In this document: positions 51,295-61,915 of the stretch, piece by piece | Layout: each line of letters opens with the position of its first letter | How positions within the stretch are numbered: position 1 is the stretch's first letter | Source of the DNA: Candidatus Poribacteria bacterium | Lineage (GTDB): Bacteria; Poribacteria; WGA-4E; B28-G17 | Length of the DNA stretch: 64,000 nucleotides | Direction of reading: 5' to 3' | Assembly: GCA_021162805.1 (NCBI GenBank) | Contig: JAGGXZ010000185.1 | Span: 3,064 to 67,063, forward strand | Notes under the pieces: model-generated | What the model was told of the DNA's origin: nothing | What the model saw: only the letters and a program-made list of their open reading frames with translations | Database searches by the model: none | Program-made: the position numbers and the translations under genes

Positions 51295-53067
51295 TTACCC
51301 TGTTTTAACCTGTACGATCGCCTCCTTAAGCTGACCGTAGTATTTGTCGTTGAATATCACGTCTGCACAGCATATATATCTCTTGGACTGTGCGCGTTCG
51401 GGGGGATCTATCGAAAAGATGGCCCTCTCAATGGAGTTAGGCTGGATATCCAGCTTGGCTTTTTCAGGGGAGCTCCTCCACCCATCGGGCAAGGACATCC
51501 TGATCTCGCAGGATGCGGGATAGGGAAAGTGATTCCGAACGGCCACCTCGAGCTCCACCCTGCCGCCCGGGCTCACCTCCGACTGATATGGATAGATACA
51601 TACCCAATCGGGATCGACACCGAACTGGGGATTTTCATACGGCAGCAGTTCATGGAGAACATCCCTGAGTCTTCTGGCCCAATTAAGGTGTTTTCTCAGA
51701 TCCTCCTCGTTCACCTCAAACGGATCCCAGTGCGATGTGAGCATCAATTGGGGGTTGAGCTCCATCATCTTCTTTGCGCTTTTGAGGAAACCCCCATCCA
51801 GCCAAAGATGATTTCGACAGCACACCTGACCTCGCATTTCACAGCCCGGCTTAGGGGTGGGGATGTTATCCCCTTCAAAAAGGGCCCTGATACCGTCGAT
51901 CTCCCCGAAGAGGCCCATCGAATAATCGGTCTGTCCGGGCATATGAAAGGCAAGCAGTTTTAGCCCCTGCCAGTCTATCACCTCCTCATCCTTTATGATC
52001 CTGTCCACAGGTATGGGATCGGGCCAGAGACAGGGCAGATTATATCTTGAGGGATTGAGGAATATATCCACCATGCTTTCGTGAAGGTATAGCTCCGCCC
52101 CGAACTCCTCCCGCAGCCTGTTTATTCCCGCCACGTGATCGTCGTGAAAATGGCTGACGATGACGAAGTCTATCTTCCTCACCCCAAACCGCTCGCGAAG
52201 GATGGAGATCTTATCGAAGTTGAAGTAGCCGCAGTCCACCATGAAAGCTCTGCCGCCCTGGGGGGAGAGGACGAAGAAAGATGTGGAGTCGTTATCCACC
52301 AGGATATGAGGTGTAACCCTCTGGAGTCCTCTTCCCGATCTGGGCTGATTGATCGATCGCCAGTCCACAATCTCATCAAGCTTCTGGAGCCTCTCGAGCA
52401 GTATGCCGATCGCTTTAGCTGGGTTGTGAATCGGTCTGCCGTGTGACGGGAGGATCAGATCGATATCCTCTTCCATAAGCCTTCGGAAGGTCTGAATGGC
52501 GCTTTTCAGCCCGACGGTGTGGCAATATTCCCATTGGAGGTCATAGAAATTGAGGATCTCGCCGGGCGAGTGAATTATATCCCCACAGAACAAGACCCTT
52601 CTCCCACCTATCTCGGCCAGGAGGGATATCGATCCCTCTGTATGGGCCGGGGTGTGAATAACCCGAAGTTGAATCCCCTCCCAATCGAAGATGTCGCCGT
52701 CGCTCAATCCTACGTCTGTGGGGAGGTTTCTGGGCAGGGTCATGAAGGTCGATCGGAGATCATAGTTGATGTATATCTGCTTGTTCTGCCAGAACTCCTC
52801 CGCCTCATCGAAGAGATGTCTTTCATACTCCGGCACGGCGATCCTGCACCCCGCCTCTTCGATCGGCTCGTCCCCCTGGCATTGATCCCTATGGTGATGG
52901 GTGTGAACGATCCATTCCAAGCGCCTGACGCCGATCCGATCCAGATGACCTAATATCCTACCGCTGCCGAAATCCACCGCCAATCCGCTTTCCCCTGATC
53001 GGATCAGATAGACGTTACAGCAATCCTCAAACATAAATAAATTGGGCAGGACCTCGGACAGGCTCAT
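51295..53067 (-). CDS. Tandem MBL-fold metallo-hydrolase with C-terminal Ig-like domain
   Basis: 'THHHRDQ' and 'SHFHDDH' in two repeats. Confidence 0.82.
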   Translation of the reverse strand: MSLSEVLPNLFMFEDCCNVYLIRSGESGLAVDFGSGRILGHLDRIGVRRLEWIVHTHHHRDQCQGDEPIEEAGCRIAVPEYERHLFDEAEEFWQNKQIYINYDLRSTFMTLPRNLPTDVGLSDGDIFDWEGIQLRVIHTPAHTEGSISLLAEIGGRRVLFCGDIIHSPGEILNFYDLQWEYCHTVGLKSAIQTFRRLMEEDIDLILPSHGRPIHNPAKAIGILLERLQKLDEIVDWRSINQPRSGRGLQRVTPHILVDNDSTSFFVLSPQGGRAFMVDCGYFNFDKISILRERFGVRKIDFVIVSHFHDDHVAGINRLREEFGAELYLHESMVDIFLNPSRYNLPCLWPDPIPVDRIIKDEEVIDWQGLKLLAFHMPGQTDYSMGLFGEIDGIRALFEGDNIPTPKPGCEMRGQVCCRNHLWLDGGFLKSAKKMMELNPQLMLTSHWDPFEVNEEDLRKHLNWARRLRDVLHELLPYENPQFGVDPDWVCIYPYQSEVSPGGRVELEVAVRNHFPYPASCEIRMSLPDGWRSSPEKAKLDIQPNSIERAIFSIDPPERAQSKRYICCADVIFNDKYYGQLKEAIVQVKTG

Positions 53068-53456
53068 CTTGCATCACCGTCCTCCACCCATCTTCTGGCG
53101 GACTCGGCCATCTCCTCAAAGGAGGAGTAGAGGCTGGATATCCCTGTCTGCCGCCTGATCTCCTCGACAATCGGCCTCGCTTTATCCCACAGATGATGTA
53201 CGGGAATCGACCCGAACATCAGATCCTCATGTATGAGCTTATTTTTAAGTAGAATCCCCGCCGCTTCCATGACGTTGAGCAGCTTGATCATTCTGAGCTT
53301 TGAGGTGTCGTTCCTCCAAAGCGAAGCCGCATCTCGTATAAAAAGCTCCATCATGGCTTTGACCACATCCCCCTTGGACAGAAGCTCCACCACTTTCAGA
53401 TACACTCCGGCATCATCATAGGTGGGTTTAAGCCTCTGTTTTGTCAGTTCCAACAT
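53064..53456 (-). CDS. Small helical protein, DUF4760-like
   Basis: 'LNVMEAAGILLKNKLIHEDL', 'WDKARPIVEEIR', 'YSSFEEMA'; start uncertain. Confidence 0.55.
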   Translation of the reverse strand: MLELTKQRLKPTYDDAGVYLKVVELLSKGDVVKAMMELFIRDAASLWRNDTSKLRMIKLLNVMEAAGILLKNKLIHEDLMFGSIPVHHLWDKARPIVEEIRRQTGISSLYSSFEEMAESARRWVEDGDAR

Positions 53457-53557
53457 CTCTGATACTCCGGACGCGGGAGAGCTGAAAAGATATCTCAGAA
53501 TCTTTGGGGGAAATTTACCACACCACAGGCCCTTTGTCAAGTCCGGCTGAAAGCCTA

Positions 53558-54400
53558 CTAAAGACTCCCCAAATCCAGCCTCAGACCGACATGAAGTGGG
53601 ATGAAGTCCTCACCGTACTCCCTCTCGAAAGCTCTCATCGCTTCCCACCCGGTGCAATGGCCCAAGACGACCTTCCGCACCCCTATCTCCCTGAAGCGCT
53701 TCACGGTCTTGGATATCCTCTCCTGGGAAGCTCCTATCAGATGAGTCCCACCGATGACGATCGAGGGTGTTTTCCCCGTTAGCTCGGCGGTATACTCCAG
53801 GGTATTGATTATCCCCGCGTGAGCACATCCCGATATGAGGGCGGATTCGGAACCGAGATCTACGATAAGCGACTGGTCATCCGTCAGATGATCCTCACTC
53901 ATCGTAAGATCCGGCACCCTGAGCTCGAAGAACTCCTTCGAGATAGGTTCAAAATCGCATCTGCGCGGAATTTCACCTGTGAGGCTGATCCCGTCGCCGA
54001 CTTCAACGGGTTCGGTGTTCATCATCAGGAAAGCTCTGCCGAACCTCAGGATTCCAGGATGATCGGTCATACCTATGTATCTGTACTCCATCGCCCTATT
54101 TCTGGCCAGCTTTTCACCTAAAGCGTTGGGATGCAGATATATCTGCAGGGGCTGACGGCGGGGTATGGAGATCAGATATCCCAGCCCACCGGTGTGGTCA
54201 TAATGGCCATGGCTTATCGCCACCTTGTTTATCCTTGAGAGATCTATACCGAGAAGAGGGGCGTTATACCGGAGCGCCATGCCCTGTCCCGTGTCGAAGA
54301 GCAGGGGTTCGTCCCCCTCAGGTTCGATCAGAACGGAAAAACCGTGCTCGGCTATCAATCGGCCCCAGGCCGTATTTTCGGATATCACCGTTACTTTCAT
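53558..54400 (-). CDS. MBL-fold hydrolase (methanopterin-synthase-like family)
   Basis: 'AEHGFS', 'FDTGQ', 'SHGHYDHTGG', 'GCAHAG', 'GHCTG'. Confidence 0.85.
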   Translation of the reverse strand: MKVTVISENTAWGRLIAEHGFSVLIEPEGDEPLLFDTGQGMALRYNAPLLGIDLSRINKVAISHGHYDHTGGLGYLISIPRRQPLQIYLHPNALGEKLARNRAMEYRYIGMTDHPGILRFGRAFLMMNTEPVEVGDGISLTGEIPRRCDFEPISKEFFELRVPDLTMSEDHLTDDQSLIVDLGSESALISGCAHAGIINTLEYTAELTGKTPSIVIGGTHLIGASQERISKTVKRFREIGVRKVVLGHCTGWEAMRAFEREYGEDFIPLHVGLRLDLGSL

Positions 54401-54562
54401 ATCTACCTCCTCTATCTTCTTCCTTCCCTCTGACAGTTGCGGTTTCCCTTAGGATTATATCATATTGCTCGTATTATCTACATTATATCATTTGCGCAAC
54501 GGGTAAGTATCAGCAGCGCAACTCGCCTGTCAACCGAGCCCTCAGATACCTACGTTCAAGTT

Positions 54563-54578
54563 TGGCATTGAAGTTGCT
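54563..54578 (+). promoter_or_regulatory. Sigma54 (-24/-12) promoter
   Basis: TGGCATTGAAGTTGCT with exact spacing, about 80 bp before the 54657 ORF. Confidence 0.75.
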
Positions 54579-54656
54579 TATATTATGAATCGCACAGGGA
54601 GCGCGAGGGCGGGCGATGAATCGCTGAAGATTCCGCCCGCCAATTAAATCCGGGAG

Positions 54657-56117
54657 GTGATGAGGATGAAAGCCCCAGCCCTGGGTTTGCTGATCCTATT
54701 GTTAGCCGTTTCGATCTCACAGGCGGACTGGTCGATCGGTTATGAATTCAGATATGACTATGACGATGTGTATTCGAACATGATCGGCCGCGAGCACCGG
54801 GACGGCGCGGAAGTAGATGACTGGATAGAACGCGGCAGTGCAACCATAACGGCAAGTCCCATCTTCCCCGATGGCGTCAGGCTTACGGGATGGTCGACCG
54901 ATTTCGAGACGGAAGGGGAAGGAGATTTCGACTTCAGCCTCGCAAGCGCAATCTACTACTTCCACATCCCGCGTGGAACCCAATATATAAAGATCAAGGT
55001 CTACTATCGAGGTGAAGGAGGAAGGGTTGAATTCGACGGCACAGATGAGATCGCCGGAAGAGTCTGGATCAGAAACTACGAGCGGGAGAGGCTCAGGCGA
55101 AAATATGAGGAGGATGACACGCTATATGGCGATACCTTTCTCCTGAGAGCCAACAGACGATCCGAAACGATAAGGATACCGGCAGCCGAACATGTGAACG
55201 ATGGCGTGATGGAGATGCATATAGTGGTGGATGATGGGATGATGCTGGACGTAGACTATATCGTCGTCGAATCCTATAGATGGCTGCCGGAGGTTAAGGT
55301 GATCAACAGATACTACAGGGTTTATGAGTGGAAACCGTGGTATTACTACACTTACATTTACTTCTACGATGGCCCTTGCTACTATCTGACCGACTACGGA
55401 TACTACATCAGATGGATATATCCGGCGTATGACAGGTTCTACCTCAGCATCAGATTCAGATATGGAGATTACCTGCGCAGATACTACGCTATGTATCCTA
55501 GATATTACTGGTATCGTAGATGGAGCGAGATATATTACGACGATCCAAAAGCGCGGGTCAGAATTCACGCCGGAGGGGTCAGGGCTAGGATCAGACCATG
55601 GACGCCGGAGGACGAGAGGATAAGAAAGGAGTACATAATCGTCAGAAGATCCCCCGATAGGGAGAGAAACAGGATAGCTGAGGTGCGAAACAGGATAAGG
55701 GAGACGATAACGCGCTATAGAATCCGTGAAGGACAAAGCTCAGCAAGTCGCACGCGGATAAGAACCACACATCCCACCGATTCACGGTATCGGACCAGGA
55801 CATCGATCAGGTGGTCCAGAACGACTCCCAGCACCACACATATAATCGTCCCCAGAACTGAAGTTAGAATAAGAAGCCGCTCTCAGGAGAGCAGATCCTC
55901 ACCTCCTTCATCCGCCCGTACTCGAAGCTCATCGATCCGATCCCGCATATCAACACGGAGAAGCGAACCGCCCAGAAACTCTCGATCTCAGGCAAGCAGC
56001 AGCCGTAACAGGGAGGAAGAGGAAAAGAAAAAAGATGAGGACGAGGATAAAGATAAGGATAAAAAGGATGAGGGAAGCTCAAGGCGGGATAGGATCAGAT
56101 CGAGAATAAGGAGGTGA
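54657..56117 (+). CDS. Secreted protein with Tyr-rich middle and Arg/Ser-rich, charged tail
   Basis: Signal peptide, globular N-half, 'PWYYYTYIYFY...YYAMYPRYYWY', low-complexity R/S/T tail. Confidence 0.75.
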   Translation: MMRMKAPALGLLILLLAVSISQADWSIGYEFRYDYDDVYSNMIGREHRDGAEVDDWIERGSATITASPIFPDGVRLTGWSTDFETEGEGDFDFSLASAIYYFHIPRGTQYIKIKVYYRGEGGRVEFDGTDEIAGRVWIRNYERERLRRKYEEDDTLYGDTFLLRANRRSETIRIPAAEHVNDGVMEMHIVVDDGMMLDVDYIVVESYRWLPEVKVINRYYRVYEWKPWYYYTYIYFYDGPCYYLTDYGYYIRWIYPAYDRFYLSIRFRYGDYLRRYYAMYPRYYWYRRWSEIYYDDPKARVRIHAGGVRARIRPWTPEDERIRKEYIIVRRSPDRERNRIAEVRNRIRETITRYRIREGQSSASRTRIRTTHPTDSRYRTRTSIRWSRTTPSTTHIIVPRTEVRIRSRSQESRSSPPSSARTRSSSIRSRISTRRSEPPRNSRSQASSSRNREEEEKKKDEDEDKDKDKKDEGSSRRDRIRSRIRR

Positions 56118-56122
56118 AATAT

Positions 56123-56396
56123 GACAAGGGGACGGGGAGAGGGGGAGACCAGGGGAATTCTCCCTCGCTCATAATTATCGTTAAGTGTAGCAGAGATCTG
56201 AGAGGTCAGAAAACGTTACAACGTTAAACGTTGAACGTGCAACGGATTCCCCTTCTCCTCGTTCCTCCTCATAGATAACCGTATACGTCTCTTTCCTCTC
56301 CTTGTCCCCTTGTCTCCTTGTCACCCTGTCTCCCCTGTTTCCTGCCTCCTGTCTCCTATCGGTGATAACCGCTACACTCAAAGGGAATTTGAACGC
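56123..56396. repeat. Nested inverted-repeat element, family A (shell 56165-56396), with AACGTTx heptamers and CCTTGTCx octamers
   Basis: Shares TAAGTGTAGCAGAGATCTGAGAGGTCAGAA and TTCTCCTCGTTCCTCCTCATRGATAACCG with the 40.6-kb copy. Confidence 0.88.
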
Positions 56397-56415
56397 AATG
56401 ATAATATGGGCGATT

Positions 56416-58599
56416 TTATCTCTTCAACCTTTCCCTCGCCACCTTCGCGTATCTGCTTTTGGGATCAAGTTTGAGGATCTCACGCCACATCTGATCCGCC
56501 TTTTCCACTTCGCCCACCGCTTCATATGCCAGAGCTAAATTATATCTGGTCAGAACTGAGGTTGGATCCAGTTTCAGCGCCTTAAGATAATAGCCTATTG
56601 CCGTTTGAGGATTGCCCATCAGATAGAAGGAGTATCCGTAGTTCATCACTATAAGCGGGTCGTTCGGCGCTATTCGGTAAGCTCGTTCTAGAAACCTATG
56701 GGCCTTCGGGAGCCTCTTCTCATCGTTGGCCAGAACCAGGAAGGCATAATCCTTGATGGCGTCAAGGTTATCCGGATCGATCGCCAATGCCTTTTCATAA
56801 AGCGGTATAGCGGCCTCAATCTTGCCCATCTCGGAATATCTGCCTGCCAGATATAACATCGCCTCGACATCCCTCGGATCGAACTTCAACGCCTTTTCGA
56901 ATTCCTCCATGGCCTTTTTGACATCTCCCTCCCGGTCGTATACCTTTCCCAGAAGTCTGTGTGCTCCGGCGTGATTCGGGTCCAACTGGATGGCCTTTTG
57001 AAGATCGGAGATGATATCCTCCATGTCGAAGATCAGCGCCGATTGAGGGCCTACGCCGAAGTTCAACATGAACCTCGCTCGCCTGTAATACAGATCGGCG
57101 TTATCGGGATAGTAATCTATCATATCCGAGTAGATCCTAAAAGCCTTCATCTTATGCTGTCTTTCAAGCAGTTCGGCCAGCTTTAAGTTATACCTGAGAT
57201 TGGAGTTGTCGATTTTGGCGGCGTTAGAGAGATGTTTGAGTGCCCTCTCGACGTTCCTTTTATACCCTTTATCATCCCCGAGCTTGTGTGCCGTCTCAGC
57301 TCGTTTTTCGTAAATCAACCCCAGTTCATATTCAAGCCCGGCGTTTTGGGGATCGAGGTTCAGGAGTTTCTCCGCCGTCTCGACGAACTTCTCCTCGTTA
57401 CCCTCTTTGCGGTATGTCTTGAGGAGCTTTTGCAAGAGCTCCATTTGAACCCCGCCTAGCTCCTCAGCTCGTTTGTATTCCAGAACCGCCTTTTGAGGGT
57501 TTTCCTTCTCATAGATCCTTCCGAGCTCGATGTGCACCTCCTTGCGCAACGGGCTGATTCCGGGGATCTTACGTGATACCTCCTCCAGCTCCCTTCGAGC
57601 GGCGAGCACATCTCCCAGTTTAACTCTCAGCTTAGCGAGTATGAACCTTACTCCCTGATCATCAGGATTTTCCCTCAGGTATCGATCGAGCACGCGAGCT
57701 GCCCTCTCATAGTCCGCTCCTTTCAGCATCGATACGAACTCCCTGTTATTCGGATCGACCGCCAAGGCGCTTCTGATAGCGGCCACGGCGTATTTCTCCT
57801 TTCCCTTCTCCATGAAGATCGATGCCAGCTCATATCTGGCATCGGCATTTTTCGGATCATATCTCCTGCCCAGCTTATACATCTTGATCGCCTCGCCGGG
57901 CTTATCCTGCATGGCATAAATCTGCCCTAGCCTGTAATAGGCGTCGGCGAGCCTGTAATTCAGCTTGATTGATCTTTCAAGCTCTATCTGGGCGTTTTTC
58001 AGATCGGCCATGTTATAAAGAACGACTCCCCTCATGTAATGGGCGACCGGAGAATTAGGCCTTTTCCCCACAAGTTCATCGCAATACCGCAGTGCTGACT
58101 CGAAATCCCTTCTATCGATATATTTCCTTATGAGATCGAGATACACCTCTTCGATATCAGAAGGTATGATCTCCTGCCAGATCGAGATGGCCTTTTGATC
58201 ATCTCCTAGGGCGGAGTAAACCTCGCCGAGGGCGAGTTTAATCCAGGGGGATTCCAAGCCTTGATTCGCCTTTTCAAGGAAATCCCGCGCTTTGCCAAGC
58301 CTGGATTTGTCGCCGCTCACCAGATAGGTTAAGCCGAGCGAATAGGCTACGACGGGGATTTCGGGATGTCTCTCATATGCTTTTTCGTATACTGCAAGCG
58401 GAACTTCGATCATGCCGTTCCTCTTGTATTTTAAGATAAGCTCTCTATGTAGCTTGAAGTTCCTCGGATCCCTGTTGACGATCTTTCTGTATTTGGATAT
58501 CTCCCTTTCCATATCTCCTCCACCGATCGTGAAGGCAAGGGAGGTCACAAGTGTTAAAATCATGATCGCTGCGGCGATCGAGATGGACCTGCGCCCCAT
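56416..58599 (-). CDS. Large exported/membrane-anchored TPR protein
   Basis: N-terminal hydrophobic segment followed by many TPR units. Confidence 0.88.
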   Translation of the reverse strand: MGRRSISIAAAIMILTLVTSLAFTIGGGDMEREISKYRKIVNRDPRNFKLHRELILKYKRNGMIEVPLAVYEKAYERHPEIPVVAYSLGLTYLVSGDKSRLGKARDFLEKANQGLESPWIKLALGEVYSALGDDQKAISIWQEIIPSDIEEVYLDLIRKYIDRRDFESALRYCDELVGKRPNSPVAHYMRGVVLYNMADLKNAQIELERSIKLNYRLADAYYRLGQIYAMQDKPGEAIKMYKLGRRYDPKNADARYELASIFMEKGKEKYAVAAIRSALAVDPNNREFVSMLKGADYERAARVLDRYLRENPDDQGVRFILAKLRVKLGDVLAARRELEEVSRKIPGISPLRKEVHIELGRIYEKENPQKAVLEYKRAEELGGVQMELLQKLLKTYRKEGNEEKFVETAEKLLNLDPQNAGLEYELGLIYEKRAETAHKLGDDKGYKRNVERALKHLSNAAKIDNSNLRYNLKLAELLERQHKMKAFRIYSDMIDYYPDNADLYYRRARFMLNFGVGPQSALIFDMEDIISDLQKAIQLDPNHAGAHRLLGKVYDREGDVKKAMEEFEKALKFDPRDVEAMLYLAGRYSEMGKIEAAIPLYEKALAIDPDNLDAIKDYAFLVLANDEKRLPKAHRFLERAYRIAPNDPLIVMNYGYSFYLMGNPQTAIGYYLKALKLDPTSVLTRYNLALAYEAVGEVEKADQMWREILKLDPKSRYAKVARERLKR

Positions 58600-58672
58600 A
58601 CTATCTCCTCCAGATGGATTGAGTTCGAAGTGATAAACGTCCCTTACCCCTCTCCAGGTTACCGTAGAGGAG

Positions 58673-59677
58673 GTGTGCAAAGATTTGCATACTGCGTCGT
58701 TATTCTCTAGTGAGAACATCACGGAGCTTAAAATGCTTGATGAGATATATCATAGCGGAGTTACATGTATAACTTTCAGTCCTGATGGCCGTTATCTTGC
58801 CTCAGGCGCCAGTGATGGGAGCGTGAGGCTGTGGCGTGTAAATCCGAGCTCTCATTTGGAATCGCTGGAGTGTGAGAGCAGGGTGAACGCCCTCAGCTTT
58901 CATCCGGATGGCAAGCATCTGGTTGCCGGGCTGAACAACGGTGAGGTGAAGATCTGGCATCTTAACCTTAGGTATCTCACACAGGTCAGTAGCACCTCTT
59001 TCGATTCCGGACTGGGAGGAATTGGCGCCGTTGCCTTCAGCCGGGATGGGGAACTGCTGGTCGCCGGAGGGGATAACGGCAGGGTGAAAGCATGGGCCTT
59101 CCCCCGATGTGCGCCGGTAAGCGATGTGAGACTGTCCAGCGGCATGGTCTTCTCGCTGGATTTCCACCCTTCAGATTTACTGGTGGCCATCGGGGTTATG
59201 AGGATAGCTATGAATATAGATCTCGCCTCGGCATGGTTGTGGGATTTGAGTTCAGAGAGGGCAAGGCCGATTCTAGGTCATATCTCCTCCGTTTTCACCG
59301 TCAGGTTCTCCCCGCGGGGTGAAATCCTGGCGACAGGCGGAGGAGATGGGGTTGTGAGCCTCTGGAAGGTGCCGAGGCTGAGCCAATACGCCTTCTGGCA
59401 GGAGAAAAGCGAAATAGGGGCGTTGGAGTTCCTTGATGATAGATCCCTGTTGTTTGGAACTTTGAGCGGATTGCTCAAGAACCTGAGGATAACGGATCAG
59501 ATTGAAGTCGAAACGATGGGTAGATATGAGAAGGGGATCATAGCGATAAGAAGAAACCCGAACGGAAAACAGCTCGCCATCGCCTCCGGAGAGGGGTGGA
59601 TCAGGATATGGGAAAGGGAAACCATAGAGATAAAAGCGGGATCTCCCGAAGCGGAAAGGGGGTATCGCGCCATCTAG
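58673..59677 (+). CDS. WD40-repeat protein
   Basis: Repeated 'FSPDGRYLASGASDGSVRLW'-type units. Confidence 0.9.
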   Translation: MCKDLHTASLFSSENITELKMLDEIYHSGVTCITFSPDGRYLASGASDGSVRLWRVNPSSHLESLECESRVNALSFHPDGKHLVAGLNNGEVKIWHLNLRYLTQVSSTSFDSGLGGIGAVAFSRDGELLVAGGDNGRVKAWAFPRCAPVSDVRLSSGMVFSLDFHPSDLLVAIGVMRIAMNIDLASAWLWDLSSERARPILGHISSVFTVRFSPRGEILATGGGDGVVSLWKVPRLSQYAFWQEKSEIGALEFLDDRSLLFGTLSGLLKNLRITDQIEVETMGRYEKGIIAIRRNPNGKQLAIASGEGWIRIWERETIEIKAGSPEAERGYRAI

Positions 59678-59701
59678 CTTTGGCCAATCGGCGTTCGGCC
59701 G

Positions 59702-60841
59702 TCATCTCGACGGTCGAACGCCGACCGGAGCCTCGGATCTGCCCTTCAACTCGCTCAACTTCAGATAAGCCTTCTCAGCTATATCTCTGCCAGGAGCGAA
59801 ATCGATACCCACGGCCTTTTGATATGAGCTCAGGGCGGATGATATTTGCCCTTTGCTCAGCTTTTCATCCCCATCTCTGAGATCTTTTAAAAGCTCCTCT
59901 ATCTCACCTAGATATTTAGCGAGACGGCGGTAGTTGTTCAACGATATGGCCTTTGCCCTCTCCTTCTCCGCCCTGTATTGTCTCATCGCCTCAGCGTAGG
60001 TTTTGAGGGCCTCAAAATGGCGTCCCGACTGCGACAGTGAATCGGCCTTCTCCAGGGTTGACAAGATCTTCTGGCTGGGGGGGGACTCCTTGAAGAGTCT
60101 CTTCAGGAGCTTCTTCGCCCTCTCGATCATCTGAGCGCTCTTCCGATCTATCGCTTCGCGCAGGTTATCCTGGAACATCCTCGTTAACCTCTCGTAATCT
60201 TTTACGGCCTGCGAGATCTGATTTAACTTCTCCCGGCATATCGCCCTGCTGAGGGTCACTTCCGCCAACACGAACTCGTACTCCGGCAATCCCCTGAACT
60301 TCCCGTATCTGCTCTCATCGTATTCGCGCACGGCCTTCTCCAAATCTCCCTTCTGTTCATAGCATTTTCCTACCGCCTGCTGAGCATATAATCCGAAAAG
60401 GGAATCGCTTTTTTCGGCCAGATCTTTGAACTCCTTGAGCGCCCGATCGTATTCGCCGAGTTGGAAACTGCTTTTAGCGACGTAGAAGGCGGCCTTATCG
60501 GCATACGAGGAACCTTTATATTTCCGGATGATCACCTTGAACTTCCTCCTCGCCTCCTTATATTTATCCGCTGCCTCCTTCATTTTATCCTGATCCGCCC
60601 AATCGTCCTCCGCTTCTTGGAAGAGCTTCATCGCCTCGCCGAACTGAATTGACGCTTTTGTCTCAGCCTTCTGTCTCATATAGGCATAGGTGCCGGCAGC
60701 TATGAGGACCACCAGCACCGCCGCCACGGCTATCAGTATAAGCTGGAGGTTACGCTTGAGGAAGGCGTAAACCTCCGCCATGGTTTCGATAAACTTATCC
60801 TCCTTGAGATCACGCCTATCGATTCTTTCGGCTCTGGCCAT
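59702..60841 (-). CDS. YfgM-like membrane-anchored TPR protein
   Basis: 'RRDLKEDKF', single TM, TPRs. Confidence 0.75.
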   Translation of the reverse strand: MARAERIDRRDLKEDKFIETMAEVYAFLKRNLQLILIAVAAVLVVLIAAGTYAYMRQKAETKASIQFGEAMKLFQEAEDDWADQDKMKEAADKYKEARRKFKVIIRKYKGSSYADKAAFYVAKSSFQLGEYDRALKEFKDLAEKSDSLFGLYAQQAVGKCYEQKGDLEKAVREYDESRYGKFRGLPEYEFVLAEVTLSRAICREKLNQISQAVKDYERLTRMFQDNLREAIDRKSAQMIERAKKLLKRLFKESPPSQKILSTLEKADSLSQSGRHFEALKTYAEAMRQYRAEKERAKAISLNNYRRLAKYLGEIEELLKDLRDGDEKLSKGQISSALSSYQKAVGIDFAPGRDIAEKAYLKLSELKGRSEAPVGVRPSR

Positions 60842-60857
60842 ATCACTCCCCTTTCAT

Positions 60858-61082
60858 CTACCTGCATCCGGCGCAGCTAGTTCGGCTGCAGGAGCTGCAT
60901 GAAGATGCGTTATACTGACCGGTTTTGATCTTTCCCCCTGAGGAGAAACCGAAAAGGGAGAGTTTCCTTTCGACCTCACCGCTTTCACATTCAGGACATC
61001 GGACCGATTTCGAGTTAAGTGAGGAAAGAAGCTCCTCAAAATCAAGTCCACAGTTCTTACAATGGAACTCGTATATCGGCAT
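60858..61082 (-). CDS. FmdB-family zinc-ribbon protein
   Basis: 'MPIYEFHCKNCG..FE', 'CPECES', C-terminal CxxCxxxxCxxC. Confidence 0.88.
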   Translation of the reverse strand: MPIYEFHCKNCGLDFEELLSSLNSKSVRCPECESGEVERKLSLFGFSSGGKIKTGQYNASSCSSCSRTSCAGCR

Positions 61083-61134
61083 GGTATCACCCGTCCAATA
61101 AAAATAAAGCCCCTTTTCAACTAGGGGCGATAAA

Positions 61135-61206
61135 AGCGGGCAACGGGATTCGAACCCGCGACCCTCAGCTTGGGAAGCTGACGCTCTACCACTGAGCTAT
61201 GCCCGC
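61135..61206 (-). tRNA. tRNA-Gly(CCC), CCA not encoded
   Basis: GCGGGCA acceptor stem, D arm GCTC/GAGC, anticodon loop TTCCCAA, TTCGAAT T-loop. Confidence 0.96.
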
Positions 61207-61228
61207 GTGAAATTCAATTGACATAAAA

Positions 61229-61257
61229 ATTATACTAGACCCCCCAATAGGTGTCAA
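61229..61257 (-). promoter_or_regulatory. Perfect-consensus sigma70 promoter of tRNA-Gly
   Basis: TTGACA-17 nt-TATAAT on the minus strand. Confidence 0.88.
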
Positions 61258-61272
61258 GTGAACATCTGAGGG

Positions 61273-61512
61273 CAGGGCTTTTCAATGATTGTATGATTTA
61301 GTATACCATCACAGAAGCCACCAGAAAACGAGGTGATTCAGGTGACAAACCAAGACCTGCTTCATGGGGGATTGTGATTGGACGCAAGACTCCAGACACA
61401 AGATTCCAGAGAGGTGAGGAATCATTGAAGCAGCCGCACCCTTTAGGGTGCGTTAAATCGCAGGCTAAAGCCTGCGGCTACGGGGATTGCGCTAAAGCGT
61501 TGAAAACCCCTA
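61273..61512 (+). mobile_element. MITE-like element, family B, with CAAGAC heptamers and a REP doublet
   Basis: Ends AGGGCTTTTCAATGATT ... GCGTTGAAAACCCCTA; REP doublet at 61430-61482. Confidence 0.75.
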
Positions 61513-61845
61513 GATGCGGGGCATGGAAGATGAAAAATCTGATCCAATCATGGCAAAACTACCTTCTCACACAGGGGGATTGGGAAGTCAGGAGGTATGG
61601 CGGATACACACCCCCGGCTGCCGATATAACAGCATTCTTCAGGCCAAAGCTGAAAGGGAAGATAGGCAAGTTCTTCCATCACATAGCAAACAAAGCCATG
61701 AGGGGGATAGGAATTGGCCTTATTGTGATGGTGGTAGAGGTTGAAGGGAGGAGGATACCTCTCATCAGAGAGATACTGCCTGCAGAAGGTGATATGAGCC
61801 AGGCTCAGCTGAAGGAGAAGCTTCTCACTTTGGTCTCATCCTCAG
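61513..61845 (+). pseudogene. Internal fragment of a DDE transposase
   Basis: 'W...YGGYTP.AADITAFFRPKLKG...KFFH..ANKA' resembles IS701/IS4-like transposase N-terminal catalytic region; no proper start or end. Confidence 0.55.
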
Positions 61846-61915
61846 AACTTTGTTGTGTTTGGACACCTTGCTGTTACCTCCTTGAAGTTGCCACGCCGAG
61901 CATGTGCTGTGGTTG

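Noticed and set aside
56123-56396. CRISPR array in the repeat-rich spacers (also 40618-40870)
   Set aside because: Units are 7-8 nt, tandem and degenerate, with no constant 25-40-nt repeats separated by unique spacers.
61135-61206. tRNA-targeted integrative element
   Set aside because: No integrase and no duplicated tRNA 3' end seen; the mobile debris is on the 5' side.
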